From Opitutales bacterium (GTDB lineage: Bacteria; Verrucomicrobiota; Verrucomicrobiia; Opitutales; UBA2987): a stretch of 64,000 nt of DNA. The notes beneath the pieces were generated by a model. The model worked only from the letters and a program-made list of their open reading frames with translations. It ran no database searches and was not told where the DNA came from. The DNA lies in assembly GCA_965226885.1 (NCBI GenBank), contig CBDDEL010000017.1:576001-640000 (forward strand), given 5' to 3'. The first letter of the stretch is position 1. The number at the start of each line of letters is the position of its first letter. Made by a program: the position numbers and the translations under genes. Positions 1 to 9,984 of the stretch are shown in pieces.

Positions 1-360
1 CCGCAAAGGGTACGCATAGGCGCGGATGAGGTTTTCATCGAAAAATATGCGGGCATGGCCGATTGGGCCACACCCGAGTTTATCAAATTCCTCATCGGCC
101 CGAATTTCGGGAAACCCGAGGGCGCCAGTGGAGAAGTGTTCAAAATCAGCATAGACCCGCTGGGCCAAATCATCTGGCAGGGAATGCAATTGACCGAAAA
201 GCAGTTGCGGGTCGAATTGAAAAAATTCGCTGAAAACGACAACGCCCAACCGTTGAAAATTGAAGCGTCGAAGGACGCTCCCAGAGAATCGGCAGAAAAA
301 GCCAAAAAATTAATCGCGCGGGAAAGCATAACGTTTATTGAAATTATTATTGAAGATTAA
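1..360 (+). CDS. 5'-partial protein ending in an ExbD/TolR-like periplasmic domain
   Basis: Frame is open from base 1; C-terminus ISIDPLGQIIWQG...LKIEASKDAP resembles the ExbD soluble domain. Confidence 0.5.
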   Translation, partial: PQRVRIGADEVFIEKYAGMADWATPEFIKFLIGPNFGKPEGASGEVFKISIDPLGQIIWQGMQLTEKQLRVELKKFAENDNAQPLKIEASKDAPRESAEKAKKLIARESITFIEIIIED

Positions 361-399
361 TTTATTTAAATTGAATTTAGACAACGACAGGAAATCGTT

Positions 400-924
400 A
401 TGCAGCCGGAAGTTAAAGCGTTGATCGATCATTACAAGTTTGAGCCTCAACCGGTGGAGGACACTTTATTTACGACTAATTATCGCTCGCAAATGGAGAT
501 GCCGGATGGCGGCCCCATCGGAACGGCGATCATTTCCATGTATTGCGACAAACCGCGCAGCGTTTCCTGTTTTCATCGACTTCCCTGGGATGAAATTTGG
601 CATTTTTATGGGGGCGATCCGCTCCGGCTTGTGCTGCTGCACGCGAATGGCTCCAGCGAAGACGTCATCATGGGCACCGATCCGCTGGCCGGCCAGCTTG
701 TGCAATACGTTATTCCAGCCCGCACCTGGCAGGCGGGTCATATGGTTAAAGGAGGGAGTTACTCGCTTTTCGGCAATACCATGGCGCCCGGTTTCACGAG
801 CGCCGCATTCGAGGCGGAAACAGCGGAAACCCTGATCGCCGGATGGCCGGATCGGGCCGAGGATATCCGTGAACTTTGCTGCCCTGGATCCGTGCTAAGG
901 ATGCCCGTCGATTTTGCCACATAA
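400..924 (+). CDS. Cupin domain protein (DUF985/cupin_5 type)
   Basis: FHRLPWDEIWHFYGGDPL and MAPGF motifs. Confidence 0.85.
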   Translation: MQPEVKALIDHYKFEPQPVEDTLFTTNYRSQMEMPDGGPIGTAIISMYCDKPRSVSCFHRLPWDEIWHFYGGDPLRLVLLHANGSSEDVIMGTDPLAGQLVQYVIPARTWQAGHMVKGGSYSLFGNTMAPGFTSAAFEAETAETLIAGWPDRAEDIRELCCPGSVLRMPVDFAT

Positions 925-951
925 CGATTCAACGGGGTTTGGGTGGAACTT

Positions 952-1707
952 TCAATCAAATAGTTTTTCCAGCCGTTTGTCCCAATGGCGCTGGTTCGCT
1001 TTGATGTCCTGGATGAAGGGAGAGAGGCCGATTAGCTCAATAGTGATGCGGTTGAGGATGGAAAAAGGGAAACGAACAGGGCGGACGAAATCGATGAAGA
1101 GGACCACCCGCACCCCGTCGGTTTCGTTCCAGGCTTCGTGCCGGTAGGAGTCGTCGAAGATGAGGCTTTTGCCCTCTTCCCAATAACCGATATCGTCCCC
1201 CACCCGGATGCGGCATTTTTCCCTCGGCTCGGAGATTTTCAGGCCCAGGTGGTAACGAATAACGCCTTTATATGGGCCCCTATGTTCCTGGATATGCTTG
1301 CCCGGAGCCAGGATGGAGAAAAAGGCCGTTTTCATGTTCGGGATGGTTTCGATCAATGCCGTTGTCTTTGGGCAGCGGCGGCAGTTATTCTCGGCTTTGA
1401 CACCGGAAGCAAAAAAAAGATAAGTTTTCCACAAGTCGTCCCTCGTGATGGCGTATTGGTCCTTGGAAATGTCCTGAAAATTGGGCAATTTATTGCGGTG
1501 TTCGAGAATGGCTTCGAGTTCTCGGCGCATCTCCTTCCAGTCAGCCTCAAGCCGCTCCGCCCAGGGGAATAGTTTTGGGTCGAAAAATGTGGGATCGCCG
1601 ACCAGGGAATAACGGGCAATGGTTTTTTCCAGAATCCGCAGCAGTTTTGTGCCCAACCCGATAATGAGCGCCCGTTTGCGGTCCCTGAACCGTTGGGTAA
1701 AACTCAT
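952..1707 (-). CDS. Aspartyl/asparaginyl beta-hydroxylase family Fe(II)/2-OG dioxygenase (LpxO-like)
   Basis: FFSILAPGKHIQEHRGPYKGVIRYHLGL, FDDSYRHEAWN, RVVLFIDFVRP. Confidence 0.85.
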   Translation of the reverse strand: MSFTQRFRDRKRALIIGLGTKLLRILEKTIARYSLVGDPTFFDPKLFPWAERLEADWKEMRRELEAILEHRNKLPNFQDISKDQYAITRDDLWKTYLFFASGVKAENNCRRCPKTTALIETIPNMKTAFFSILAPGKHIQEHRGPYKGVIRYHLGLKISEPREKCRIRVGDDIGYWEEGKSLIFDDSYRHEAWNETDGVRVVLFIDFVRPVRFPFSILNRITIELIGLSPFIQDIKANQRHWDKRLEKLFD

Positions 1708-1762
1708 GACCTGAAAAGCCTTGACCGAGTGGGTTGCTTAATGAGAAATGCCCGAAATTAAA

Positions 1763-2659
1763 CTATAATCGGTAATACCGCTCGGCGTTGTCGTAAAAGA
1801 GGGCCGCTTTTTCGTCGCTGGAGAAATCGGCCGTTATTTCCTTGAAGGCCTCCCATACCGCATCGTAGGAGGAGAAAAGCTTGTCCACCGGGAAATTGCT
1901 GGCAAACATGCAGCGCTCCACTCCGAAATCCTCTATGGTTTTGAGAACGAAGGGCCGGATGCTCTCGACCGTCCAATGCCAGTCGCACATGGCAAGGCCG
2001 GAGATTTTGGCCACAATATTGGGGCAATCGCCGAGGGATTGCATGCCTTTACGCCAGCCCTGGATGCTTTCATCGTCGCGGTCGGCAGGCATTCCCGTGT
2101 GGTTGAGGATGAACAAAATTTCGGGATTTTCCCTGGCCAGCGAGACGGCATCCGCCATCTGGTGGTAATAAAGCTGGAGGTCAAAGGAGAGATTATACTT
2201 TTTTAATAGACTAAAGTTTTTCCTCCAAATCGGATCTTTTAAATAATCCCGGTCGGCATGGTTGAAACGGGGGATTTCATGCACGTTGAGAATTTGGCGA
2301 ATCCCCCGGATATTGGGGTATTGGCAGTGCCCCTCAAGCACCTCCTCAATATCGGGTTCCGCAAAGTTGGCAAAGCCGACGATCCCGTGGGGAAATCCCT
2401 GCGAACCCGGAGCGTCCGCCACCGATTGCAGCCACTTCGTTTCCTCAACCGGGCGGGAAGGATCGTGCTCGCATTGCACATGGACCGATTTAACAACATT
2501 CTGGTTTTTAAAGTCATCGAGAAGATCGGCAGCGAGATAGTTTCGCGGCAGGTTGACTGGTTTTCCCCAGATAACCTCAACCGCATCATCGGCTTGCATC
2601 CAGGGATAGTTGCCACCTTCTTCTCTCCAGAGGTGGTGGTGTGGGTCGATTATTTTCAT
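1763..2659 (-). CDS. Amidohydrolase_2 family protein (sugar-lactonase-like)
   Basis: IIDPHHHLW, LNHTGMP, KISGL, RCMFASNFPVD; start moved to MKIID. Confidence 0.85.
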   Translation of the reverse strand: MKIIDPHHHLWREEGGNYPWMQADDAVEVIWGKPVNLPRNYLAADLLDDFKNQNVVKSVHVQCEHDPSRPVEETKWLQSVADAPGSQGFPHGIVGFANFAEPDIEEVLEGHCQYPNIRGIRQILNVHEIPRFNHADRDYLKDPIWRKNFSLLKKYNLSFDLQLYYHQMADAVSLARENPEILFILNHTGMPADRDDESIQGWRKGMQSLGDCPNIVAKISGLAMCDWHWTVESIRPFVLKTIEDFGVERCMFASNFPVDKLFSSYDAVWEAFKEITADFSSDEKAALFYDNAERYYRL

Positions 2660-2712
2660 AAACAGGATTAACTGATGCGAATGTTGGAAACAGGTGTCAG
2701 GGTTCGACAATT

Positions 2713-3720
2713 TTAGTGATGCAGGTCGATGAGGTCGCGCAAAGCCTCTTCTGCCAATGTCAGTGGGTGGGATTGAATGCCTGCCACCAATTGATTGAAT
2801 TTTGGGTAACCGGCTTCCTCCTCATTTTTCCATTCCTGGGCGAATTGGCCTGAGCGAATATGCTCAAGGGCATTTTTCATGCGCTCTTTGGCGGATTCAG
2901 AAAAGGCTTCTGGCGTGCGTGTGATCGTTCCGTATTGCGATGTGCGCGAGTGCAGGTTGGTCAGTTGCTTCAAGTAACCTATTTGCGAGGCCGCTTTCAT
3001 GATTTCGGCAACTTCGCCCGAGCCATACATTTCCATAACCAGCATGCGGGGGTCAGAACCGGCTTCCGTCAAGACATCGAAAGCAGTCAAAAAGGCTTGT
3101 GAAAACAAGGGGAAAAAGGCCTGTTCCATAAAAAGATCGAGGACGGTTTCCTTTTCGAAAGTGGTCTCGATGACGCCGGCCTTGGTGGCCCCGATGCCCT
3201 TGGCCACAGCCAGCATGGTCTGGTGAGCCCGGCCGGAGCCATTCTGCCCCAAGGCAACATAAGCGGGCGCGCCGATACCCTTCTTGTAGGATTCTCGCAC
3301 CACCGCGCCAATCATCCGTGGCGCCACCATGAAGACATCGATTTCCGGTGCCGGTTTGATGAGGCCGAAATGGTAATTGTAGCCATGTGCAAAACAAAGC
3401 GCCTGCCCGGCCCGCAGTTCATTGGCGAGAGATTTTTCGTAAACTTCCCGCTGCACCTCATCCGGTATCAGCATGAGGAAAATATCCGCGGTGGAGACGC
3501 AACCTTCGATGGGGATCACTGCAAATCCGTCTTCCTCCGCCTTTTCGGCGCTGCTGTCGCGTATGCTGGCCACATGCACGGCTACCCCGCTGTCGCGCAG
3601 GTTTAGGGCCTGGGAACGCCCCTGTTTGCCATAGCCGATGACGGCGATTTTTTTTCCTTCGAGGAATTCCAGGTTGGCATCGTTGTCCCTGTAAACCTTA
3701 AGATTGTCTGAGACATTCAT
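2713..3720 (-). CDS. ilvC: Ketol-acid reductoisomerase, divergent type
   Basis: GYGKQGRSQALNLRDSG Rossmann motif, LIPDE, FAHGYN, TTFEKETVLDLFMEQ; exact start uncertain (3720 vs 3741). Confidence 0.85.
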   Translation of the reverse strand: MNVSDNLKVYRDNDANLEFLEGKKIAVIGYGKQGRSQALNLRDSGVAVHVASIRDSSAEKAEEDGFAVIPIEGCVSTADIFLMLIPDEVQREVYEKSLANELRAGQALCFAHGYNYHFGLIKPAPEIDVFMVAPRMIGAVVRESYKKGIGAPAYVALGQNGSGRAHQTMLAVAKGIGATKAGVIETTFEKETVLDLFMEQAFFPLFSQAFLTAFDVLTEAGSDPRMLVMEMYGSGEVAEIMKAASQIGYLKQLTNLHSRTSQYGTITRTPEAFSESAKERMKNALEHIRSGQFAQEWKNEEEAGYPKFNQLVAGIQSHPLTLAEEALRDLIDLHH

Positions 3721-3890
3721 GGGGGGCATCATGCGGAGCAAAAATCAGACCTTCAAGCGAGATTTATGGAAAAACTTTTTTGGCTGCGCAAATTCACTAA
3801 TTTTTGTAAATGAATGCGGACGGAGGAACATTTTCCTCTCAAATTCGCTCCTGTAGCCAACGGTCTCTATTTTAAGCTCAAATCTTCTCG

Positions 3891-4667
3891 ATGCCCCAGC
3901 CAGTAATTTGTTTCGGCCAGCAACCCTGCGGATTTTTCCCCCGGCGTTTTCTCTATGCTAAAATCGCTACTGCCCGGCGGCTGCAAAAGGAGATCGGGGG
4001 TGAGATTGTATTCTTTTGCCACGACAGCGACCACGATTGCCGGGAAACGATCACCATTCTGAAAAATTTGAAAACCGGCCAAATTGAACGCCTTAATTTC
4101 GATTCCCCCAATAAAATTCAAAAACGGTTCACACCACTCTATGCCAAAAGAGTGTCTGAGGATTGGAAAATAAAAACCGCTCGTCGGTTGCCTTGTTATG
4201 TGGGGCCTGAGCTGGTGGAAATATTTCAATCGGTGCAAGCCACTGCAGTGGCGGAATTCTGTCTCGAAATGTATCGTGGAATGGGTTTGCTGGAGGGAAT
4301 CAGAGTGGTTAAATCGAGCGATCCGCAATTGAGGCAAAAAGCAATCGAGGTCGGCGATTATTTTGTCGATCTGCCCTACCGGGGAGAATTGGTCAGAGCC
4401 CGCATGCGAAATGGGGGGCTCTTTCTGCACAAGGGCGGACCGGTTTATGAAAAGCTGCCAATGGCCTTTGATAAACCAGCCCGGCAACAAATCAGCCCGA
4501 CCCGCGATACCCGATTGCTCTGGATGCAGTCCATTGTTCAATGCACGCACTACGTTACCGGGGCCGGGGAAATGCAGTACCTTGACCGCACACTAACTCC
4601 TGAGATTAAATTTATCCGCAGGGACGAAATCGAACGCTCTGACGAAGCTTATATCGAATTACCCTGA
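3891..4667 (+). CDS. Compact BshC-like protein of unknown function
   Basis: GQQ...YAKI...FFCHDSDHD and YVTGAGEMQY parallel the BshC motifs GQQ...YK...FW.xEDHD and YVGGPGExxY. Confidence 0.6.
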   Translation: MPQPVICFGQQPCGFFPRRFLYAKIATARRLQKEIGGEIVFFCHDSDHDCRETITILKNLKTGQIERLNFDSPNKIQKRFTPLYAKRVSEDWKIKTARRLPCYVGPELVEIFQSVQATAVAEFCLEMYRGMGLLEGIRVVKSSDPQLRQKAIEVGDYFVDLPYRGELVRARMRNGGLFLHKGGPVYEKLPMAFDKPARQQISPTRDTRLLWMQSIVQCTHYVTGAGEMQYLDRTLTPEIKFIRRDEIERSDEAYIELP

Positions 4668-4699
4668 TTTTCTGACTTTTACTTATTAGCCAAATGCCT

Positions 4700-4723
4700 G
4701 ATGCCGAAACAACGGCATCTTTT
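4700..4723 (+). terminator. Rho-independent terminator
   Basis: GATGCCG-AAACAA-CGGCATC-TTTT, 32 bp after the stop at 4667. Confidence 0.6.
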
Positions 4724-4741
4724 GCTTTCCTCGATAAAAGC

Positions 4742-4779
4742 GGGTTGAGCCAATACGCCAGGGTTGAGCCAATACGCCA
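4742..4779. repeat. 19-bp perfect tandem duplication
   Basis: GGGTTGAGCCAATACGCCA x2. Confidence 0.95.
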
Positions 4780-4794
4780 GAAGCCATGCCCCGC

Positions 4795-5289
4795 TTAATT
4801 CGAGACAATGAATATCGGGAGGTTGCGGCGGCCCAGTTGGAACAACCCGGAGTTTAGATCTCCATCGTCGATCATTTCGTCGATGAGACCCAGTTGATCC
4901 ATCGTCACAATAATCTGGTTGTCGTCCGAATCGGCGATGGAAATTACCGCCTCATAAACGGTTCCGCCATGGTTGGCATTCTTGTCCCAGTTGTAATTTC
5001 CGCCGATGGGTGTTTTGCGTGTCCAGGCGGTCTCCATCAAATAGCCTTCCATGCCGGGAGGAAATGCGTCAGAAGAGCCCTGGTCGTCAGGCCAGATACC
5101 ATTTTCGCCGGCATACTGGTGGAAGGCGCCGGCAAAAACCCTCAGGTCTTTAATAATAATATTGTTCCGGGTTGTCAGGATCAGTTGGCTGGCCGCCGGA
5201 ATAGCCAAAGATATGAGAATGCCCGTTATAACGACGACAACCATTATCTCGAGCAAGGTAAAGCCACGGCTTTTGTTTTTCGGCAACAT
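4795..5289 (-). CDS. Prepilin-type N-terminal cleavage/methylation domain protein (pilin/pseudopilin)
   Basis: SRG-FTLLEIMVVVVITGILISLAIP class III signal. Confidence 0.9.
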   Translation of the reverse strand: MLPKNKSRGFTLLEIMVVVVITGILISLAIPAASQLILTTRNNIIIKDLRVFAGAFHQYAGENGIWPDDQGSSDAFPPGMEGYLMETAWTRKTPIGGNYNWDKNANHGGTVYEAVISIADSDDNQIIVTMDQLGLIDEMIDDGDLNSGLFQLGRRNLPIFIVSN

Positions 5290-5326
5290 TGTTACTTTTA
5301 AGTGGAAAACGGCCAATACTAAATTA

Positions 5327-7151
5327 GAGGCTGTCCCAAAAATATAAAGATTTTATAGTCAACTGGATGACGTTGATAAAAAGAGCCGGAAAGAGCAAGT
5401 TTTTGCTCGATCCGGCCAAAAAAGGGTTCTATAATTGAGTTAGCGAAAATCAATATAGCCCTTTCTATGTCTATGAAAAATATAGCCATCCAATGCCTCC
5501 TGCGTCCAGCTTTAACTGTGGTCGACCGGTGCCTCGATGACGATAACTTCCGCGCCACCATTGATCGAATCGATCGGCTGCTGATCGACTCGGAGGTGGA
5601 ATCGCAGGCCATTGAGCTGGCCTTGGAGGGGTGGCCGCCAATGGGTCTAAAGGCCCGGCGGCAGCGGGCCAGTTTTGCCATCAAGGCACTGCGCATGGAT
5701 ACGCTGGGCCGTCTGCTCGGAGGGATTTCGTTTCGGCATTTGTCGCGGGCTCTGGGCAGCAGCGATCTGTTGGCCGACTTTTGCCGTGTCCGGCAGATCG
5801 ATGGCATCAGGGGCATCTCCAAAAGCACCCTGGAGCGGGCCTCGAAGTTTTTCAGCGAAGAGCAGTTGAGGGCCTTGCACCGGACCTTGACTGAGGTGGT
5901 GGGCGATGCCCTTCTGGCCCGGCAGGTGGGATTGGACAAGCCGATTGACACCACCATTTGCCTGATCGACGGCACCTGTTTGGAGGCTAACATTCATTGG
6001 CCGACGGACTGGGTATTACTCAAGGATGTAGCCGGCACGTTGCTCAAAGCGATCCGGCTGATCCGCGAGAAGGCCGGTTTGCGCCATCGCATGCCGATCG
6101 AACCGGAGCCCTTGGCTCGGCAGATGAATCGGCTGTGCATACAGATGACCCACAGCCGGCGGCGAAAGGACAGCGCGCGGCAGCGCAAGGGTATCTTGAG
6201 GCAGATGAAAAAGCTGCTCAAACGGATCGGGGAGCATGCCCGCAGTCACCGGGAATTATTGCAAGCCTGCTGGGAGCAAAGCGATTACAGCGAAAAACAG
6301 GTCCAACAGATCCTCGCCCGGATGGAGCGCATGAGCGAGCAAATCCCGGTGGTCATCAAACAGGCGCACGAGCGGATCATTGGCGGCCGGCAGGTGAAAA
6401 ACGCAGAGAAAGTCTTGAGTGTTTACGAACTCGATGGGCAGGTGATTGTGCGAGGTAAAGCGGGCCAAGAGGTCGAGTTCGGCAACACCCTGTTTTTGGG
6501 AGAAAGCGTTGAAGGGTACCTGCTGGACTGGAAACTCTACGGCAGCCGAACTCCAAGCGAAAATGAACAAATGCTAGAGAGTTTGCAAAGACAGAACCGC
6601 TTCAACCTGGAAGAACCCATAGCGGCCATGTGCGCGGACCGGGGATTTGCCTCCCAGCGGGCCCGCCGGCAGTTAGCCCAGGAGGGAATCTACGACGCGC
6701 TCTGTCCACGCGATCCGAAGCAGTTGAAAAAACGGAGGGAGGAACCACTGTTCAGACAATTGCAAAAGCGCCGGGCCAGCACCGAAGGGCGGATCGGGGT
6801 ATTGAAGAATCGCTGGCAGGCCGGGCGGTTGCGCAGCAAAGGCTTTGCCAACCGCTCGATCAGCGTAGCCTGGTCGGTACTCTCGCACAACCTATGGAAA
6901 GTAGCCAAGATGCTGGCCCAGCAAGACGAACTAAAAACCAAAGCGGCGGCCTAGAGAGAGCGGAAAAGCAAGGACAATACTTTTTCACAGCCGTACTGTC
7001 GGCTCATACAAAGAAAACCAGGCAACCGGACCCCAAAACCAGTATCCTAACGTCATAGGAGAGCAAAGTTGATACTCTCCCAAATGCAAATACCTCTAAA
7101 ATGAGCGCCTATCAAAAGCCCTCGCAAAAATCACCCTTTTGGGACAGCCTC
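5327..7151 (+). mobile_element. IS5-family element, copy 1 (1825 bp)
   Basis: Terminal IRs GAGGCTGTCCCAAAA / TTTTGGGACAGCCTC, TA on both flanks; near-identical to copies at 36392 and 53522. Confidence 0.92.
5467..6954 (+). CDS. IS5-family DDE transposase
   Basis: IDGTCLEANIHWPTD, RGKAGQEVEFG, ADRGF, RRASTEGRIGVLK. Confidence 0.9.
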   Translation: MSMKNIAIQCLLRPALTVVDRCLDDDNFRATIDRIDRLLIDSEVESQAIELALEGWPPMGLKARRQRASFAIKALRMDTLGRLLGGISFRHLSRALGSSDLLADFCRVRQIDGIRGISKSTLERASKFFSEEQLRALHRTLTEVVGDALLARQVGLDKPIDTTICLIDGTCLEANIHWPTDWVLLKDVAGTLLKAIRLIREKAGLRHRMPIEPEPLARQMNRLCIQMTHSRRRKDSARQRKGILRQMKKLLKRIGEHARSHRELLQACWEQSDYSEKQVQQILARMERMSEQIPVVIKQAHERIIGGRQVKNAEKVLSVYELDGQVIVRGKAGQEVEFGNTLFLGESVEGYLLDWKLYGSRTPSENEQMLESLQRQNRFNLEEPIAAMCADRGFASQRARRQLAQEGIYDALCPRDPKQLKKRREEPLFRQLQKRRASTEGRIGVLKNRWQAGRLRSKGFANRSISVAWSVLSHNLWKVAKMLAQQDELKTKAAA

Positions 7152-7158
7152 TAACTAA

Positions 7159-8726
7159 CCCGGATATTTCATGAAGGGTAAAGTTTGGCTCGTTATTGCT
7201 ATTGGAGATGGATTTCTTTGTATTTTGAGCAGATCGTCTTGATTTTTAGGTGTTTTTCAGGGTGTAGAGACACTGCCCCCTTTCCCCCATTGGTTCGGTA
7301 GTGCCGGGGGCAGCACCAATGCACCCTTTAGGTTGGCACCAATCGGCGGGCCGCATGGTTGAAAAGACTGGCCCAAGGATAACTCTCACTTAGGTGAAAG
7401 TGAATCGTTCGGGTGTTGCGCACGATGACCGCTCCGATCTTGATTAATTTGAGCCGCAGGGTGTGGCATTGGGCCCGCGCCCACTTCGTCCCTTTTAAGG
7501 CTAACCGGCGCATGGCTTCCATCAAGGTGTAGGCCAGCGCCGACAAGAGCAATCGCCACTGATTGGCCCACCATTGATGGGCGCTGGTGCGCTCGCTGAA
7601 CAATTGCATCTGTTCCTTGATTCGGTTCTCCATTTCACCGCGGCCACAGTATACCTTGTCGTAAAGCTCCTGGGGATCGCCCGGCAGGTTCGTCACCACG
7701 AAGCGCGGGTTGGACCCCTGTGCGGTGTGTTCGGCTTTATGGATGACCAACCGCAGCCATCGCCACGAATCGGCAGCATAGACGAAGTCCTGGAATAACC
7801 GTTGTTTTTTACCCCTTAGTTCGAACCATTCTTTGGCCTGCTTTTGCAACTGCTGGGCGTCTTGCTGCAAGCGTGCATTGCGAGCCATCCCCACGATGTA
7901 ACTAACTTCGTTGCGGTCGCACCAAGAGAGTATCCGGTCTCGACAAAATCCACTGTCGGCGCGCCAAATACTCCGCGTACGGGGCCAGCTTTGGCGAATC
8001 CGTTTAACCAGCAATTTGAGGATGGCCCCGGCATGCTTGCTGGCATCGATCTTGCTCGGCCGCAGGTAGGCCACCAGCAGCTGATCACCGCAAAAAACAT
8101 ATAGCGGCAGAAAACAGTAATGATCATAATAACCGTGGAAAAAACGTCCCTCCTGGAGCCCGTGCACCGGATTGTCGGTGGCGTCAAAGTCCAGGATGAT
8201 CTCTTCGGGTTCCTCGGCAAAGGAGCCCATGAACTGTTCGACCAACAGCTCGTTTACCGCAAAGGCCGCCCGCCGATCCTGCCCGTTTTCAAAACGACAC
8301 AAAGTCGGCGCGCTGGCCAACGTTTCAATGCGCCCCGTTACCGTTTGCTAACAATGGATCGTGGCGCAGGGTATCAAAGTCGTTCAAATCCTCATAGCCC
8401 GCCACCAGCCCGTAAACGCGCTGCCGCAGCATCCCCAATACCTCATGGCGTACTTTGCCCTTCTGCCGTTTGTCCACTAACTGTCGGGCCGCTCGTTCGG
8501 TCAAGCCCAACTGCCGATCCACTTCCCGGATCAAAAGCAGTCCGGCATCCGAAGTAACCTCTCCGCCCTTGAAATCAACCCGCACACGGCGGCCTTTTAC
8601 CCTTGTCAACTGTAGCTTTAATTGTTTACCTTTTGTCATCGCTGATATTGCTTTAATTATTGATCTATCCTGCTGTATATCAGCAGTTAAGCATATCAAC
8701 GATACTTTTTTTACGAAATATCCGGG
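7159..8726 (-). mobile_element. IS1380-family element, copy 1 (1568 bp)
   Basis: Ends CCCGGATATTTC / GAAATATCCGGG; flanks CTAA and TTAG do not match. Confidence 0.92.
7328..8639 (-). pseudogene. IS1380 transposase with a +1 frameshift
   Basis: One extra base near 8349 relative to the intact copies splits the ORF into 8325..8699 and 7328..8320; real mutation or assembly error. Confidence 0.8.
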
Positions 8727-9984
8727 TTAGTATAGAGTTCAAAAATGAGGCAGTTCAACTGATGATACTCGATGGTCTGAGCGCCACCGAGGTATCGACC
8801 AAACTTGGGGTCAACACCAACCAATTGTATAGGTGGAAGAGGCTCTATCTGGACGATCAGCAGGGCGAAGCCACCTCAAAGCGACAGAGCAGTCCGAAGG
8901 AGATGGCGGCCGAGATAGATCGTCTTCGCAAAGAGCTGCGCCGCTCGGAGCGGATCAACCAGATACTAAAAAAAACGGTGGGCTACTTTGCCAAGGACGA
9001 ACAATGAAGTACCAGTTTGTCAAAGACAACGAGGGGCGCTTCAAGATCGAGGAGATATGCTCGGCGATGGGGATTTGTCGCAGTGGCTATTACTGCTGGA
9101 GGCACCGAGCGCCCTCGGCCCGGCGGATCGAGGACGAGGGAATCAAGGGGGCGATCCTGAAGGTACACAAAGAGGCCAAGGGCCGCTATGGGCATCGGCC
9201 AATGCACCGCCATCTGAAGGATGATGAGGGCATCGATTGCGGCCGTGACCGGGCTCTGCGTCTGATGCGTGAAATGGGAATCAAAAGCACCCAGAGTAAA
9301 CGCTTTAAGCCATTAAAAACCAACAGTAACCATCCCTATGGTTACAGCCCCAATGTGCTTAAAAAGCATGGCCAGCCGACCCATATCGGCGAGGTCTGGG
9401 TGGCGGACACGACCTACCTACGGACCCTGGGCGGTTGGATGTACTTGGCCACGGTGATGGACCTGTTCAGCCGACGCCTGCTGGGCTGGAGCGTTTCCAA
9501 CCACAACGACGCGAAGCTGGTTGGCAAGGCCCTCAAAGCCGCGGCCATGACCCGCGGCACACTGCGCACCGGGATTATTCATCACAGCGATCGGGGCAGC
9601 CCCTACGCCAGCGACGACTATCAGAGGCTGGTCTCTGAACTAGGCATGAAGCCGAGCATGAGCGCCCAAGGCAACTGCTACGACAACGCGGCCATGGAAT
9701 CGTTCTACGGCCGCTTCAAGACCAGCACGATTCGAGGCCGCCACTTTGCCGACGAGCGCGAACTGCGATCAACTGTCTTCGAATACGTGGAAATCTTCTA
9801 CAACCGATATCGCAAACATTCCTCTCTGAGTTACCAAAGCCCAGTCCAATTCGAGGAAAATATTTGCCCCCCATGGGGGGCAACGAGAAAACAAAACCCT
9901 TTACCAAAACAAGCCGCCTGACACACTAATCAATAAACAATGAATATAAGAGAATCCCGTGTCCAACAAATCCAGTACACGTCA
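8727..9984 (+). mobile_element. IS3-family element, copy 1, 5'-truncated by IS1380
   Basis: Begins inside orfA at TTAGTATAGAG; right end ...TCCAGTACACGTCA. Confidence 0.92.
9004..9921 (+). CDS. IS3 OrfB integrase-core transposase (A8 slippery run at 8968-8975 links it to orfA)
   Basis: WVADTTY, MDLFSRR, HHSDRGSPY, GNCYDNAAMESF; ATGA overlap with the orfA stop. Confidence 0.92.
   Translation: MKYQFVKDNEGRFKIEEICSAMGICRSGYYCWRHRAPSARRIEDEGIKGAILKVHKEAKGRYGHRPMHRHLKDDEGIDCGRDRALRLMREMGIKSTQSKRFKPLKTNSNHPYGYSPNVLKKHGQPTHIGEVWVADTTYLRTLGGWMYLATVMDLFSRRLLGWSVSNHNDAKLVGKALKAAAMTRGTLRTGIIHHSDRGSPYASDDYQRLVSELGMKPSMSAQGNCYDNAAMESFYGRFKTSTIRGRHFADERELRSTVFEYVEIFYNRYRKHSSLSYQSPVQFEENICPPWGATRKQNPLPKQAA

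Noticed and set aside
6955..7151. IS5 3' non-coding region as a guide-like RNA
   Set aside because: Only short separate hairpins; no evident match to target sites and no TnpB/IS110-type protein
8833..9003. N-terminal extension of the 362-aa IS3 ORF
   Set aside because: It overlaps orfA in another frame; OrfB starts at ATG 9004 or via frameshift at the A8 run
8660..9007. IS1380 outward ORF fused in frame to IS3 orfA (and to HisKA at 32849..33298) as a gene-rescue device
   Set aside because: TTG start without an RBS; in frame at only 2 of 4 sites, consistent with chance
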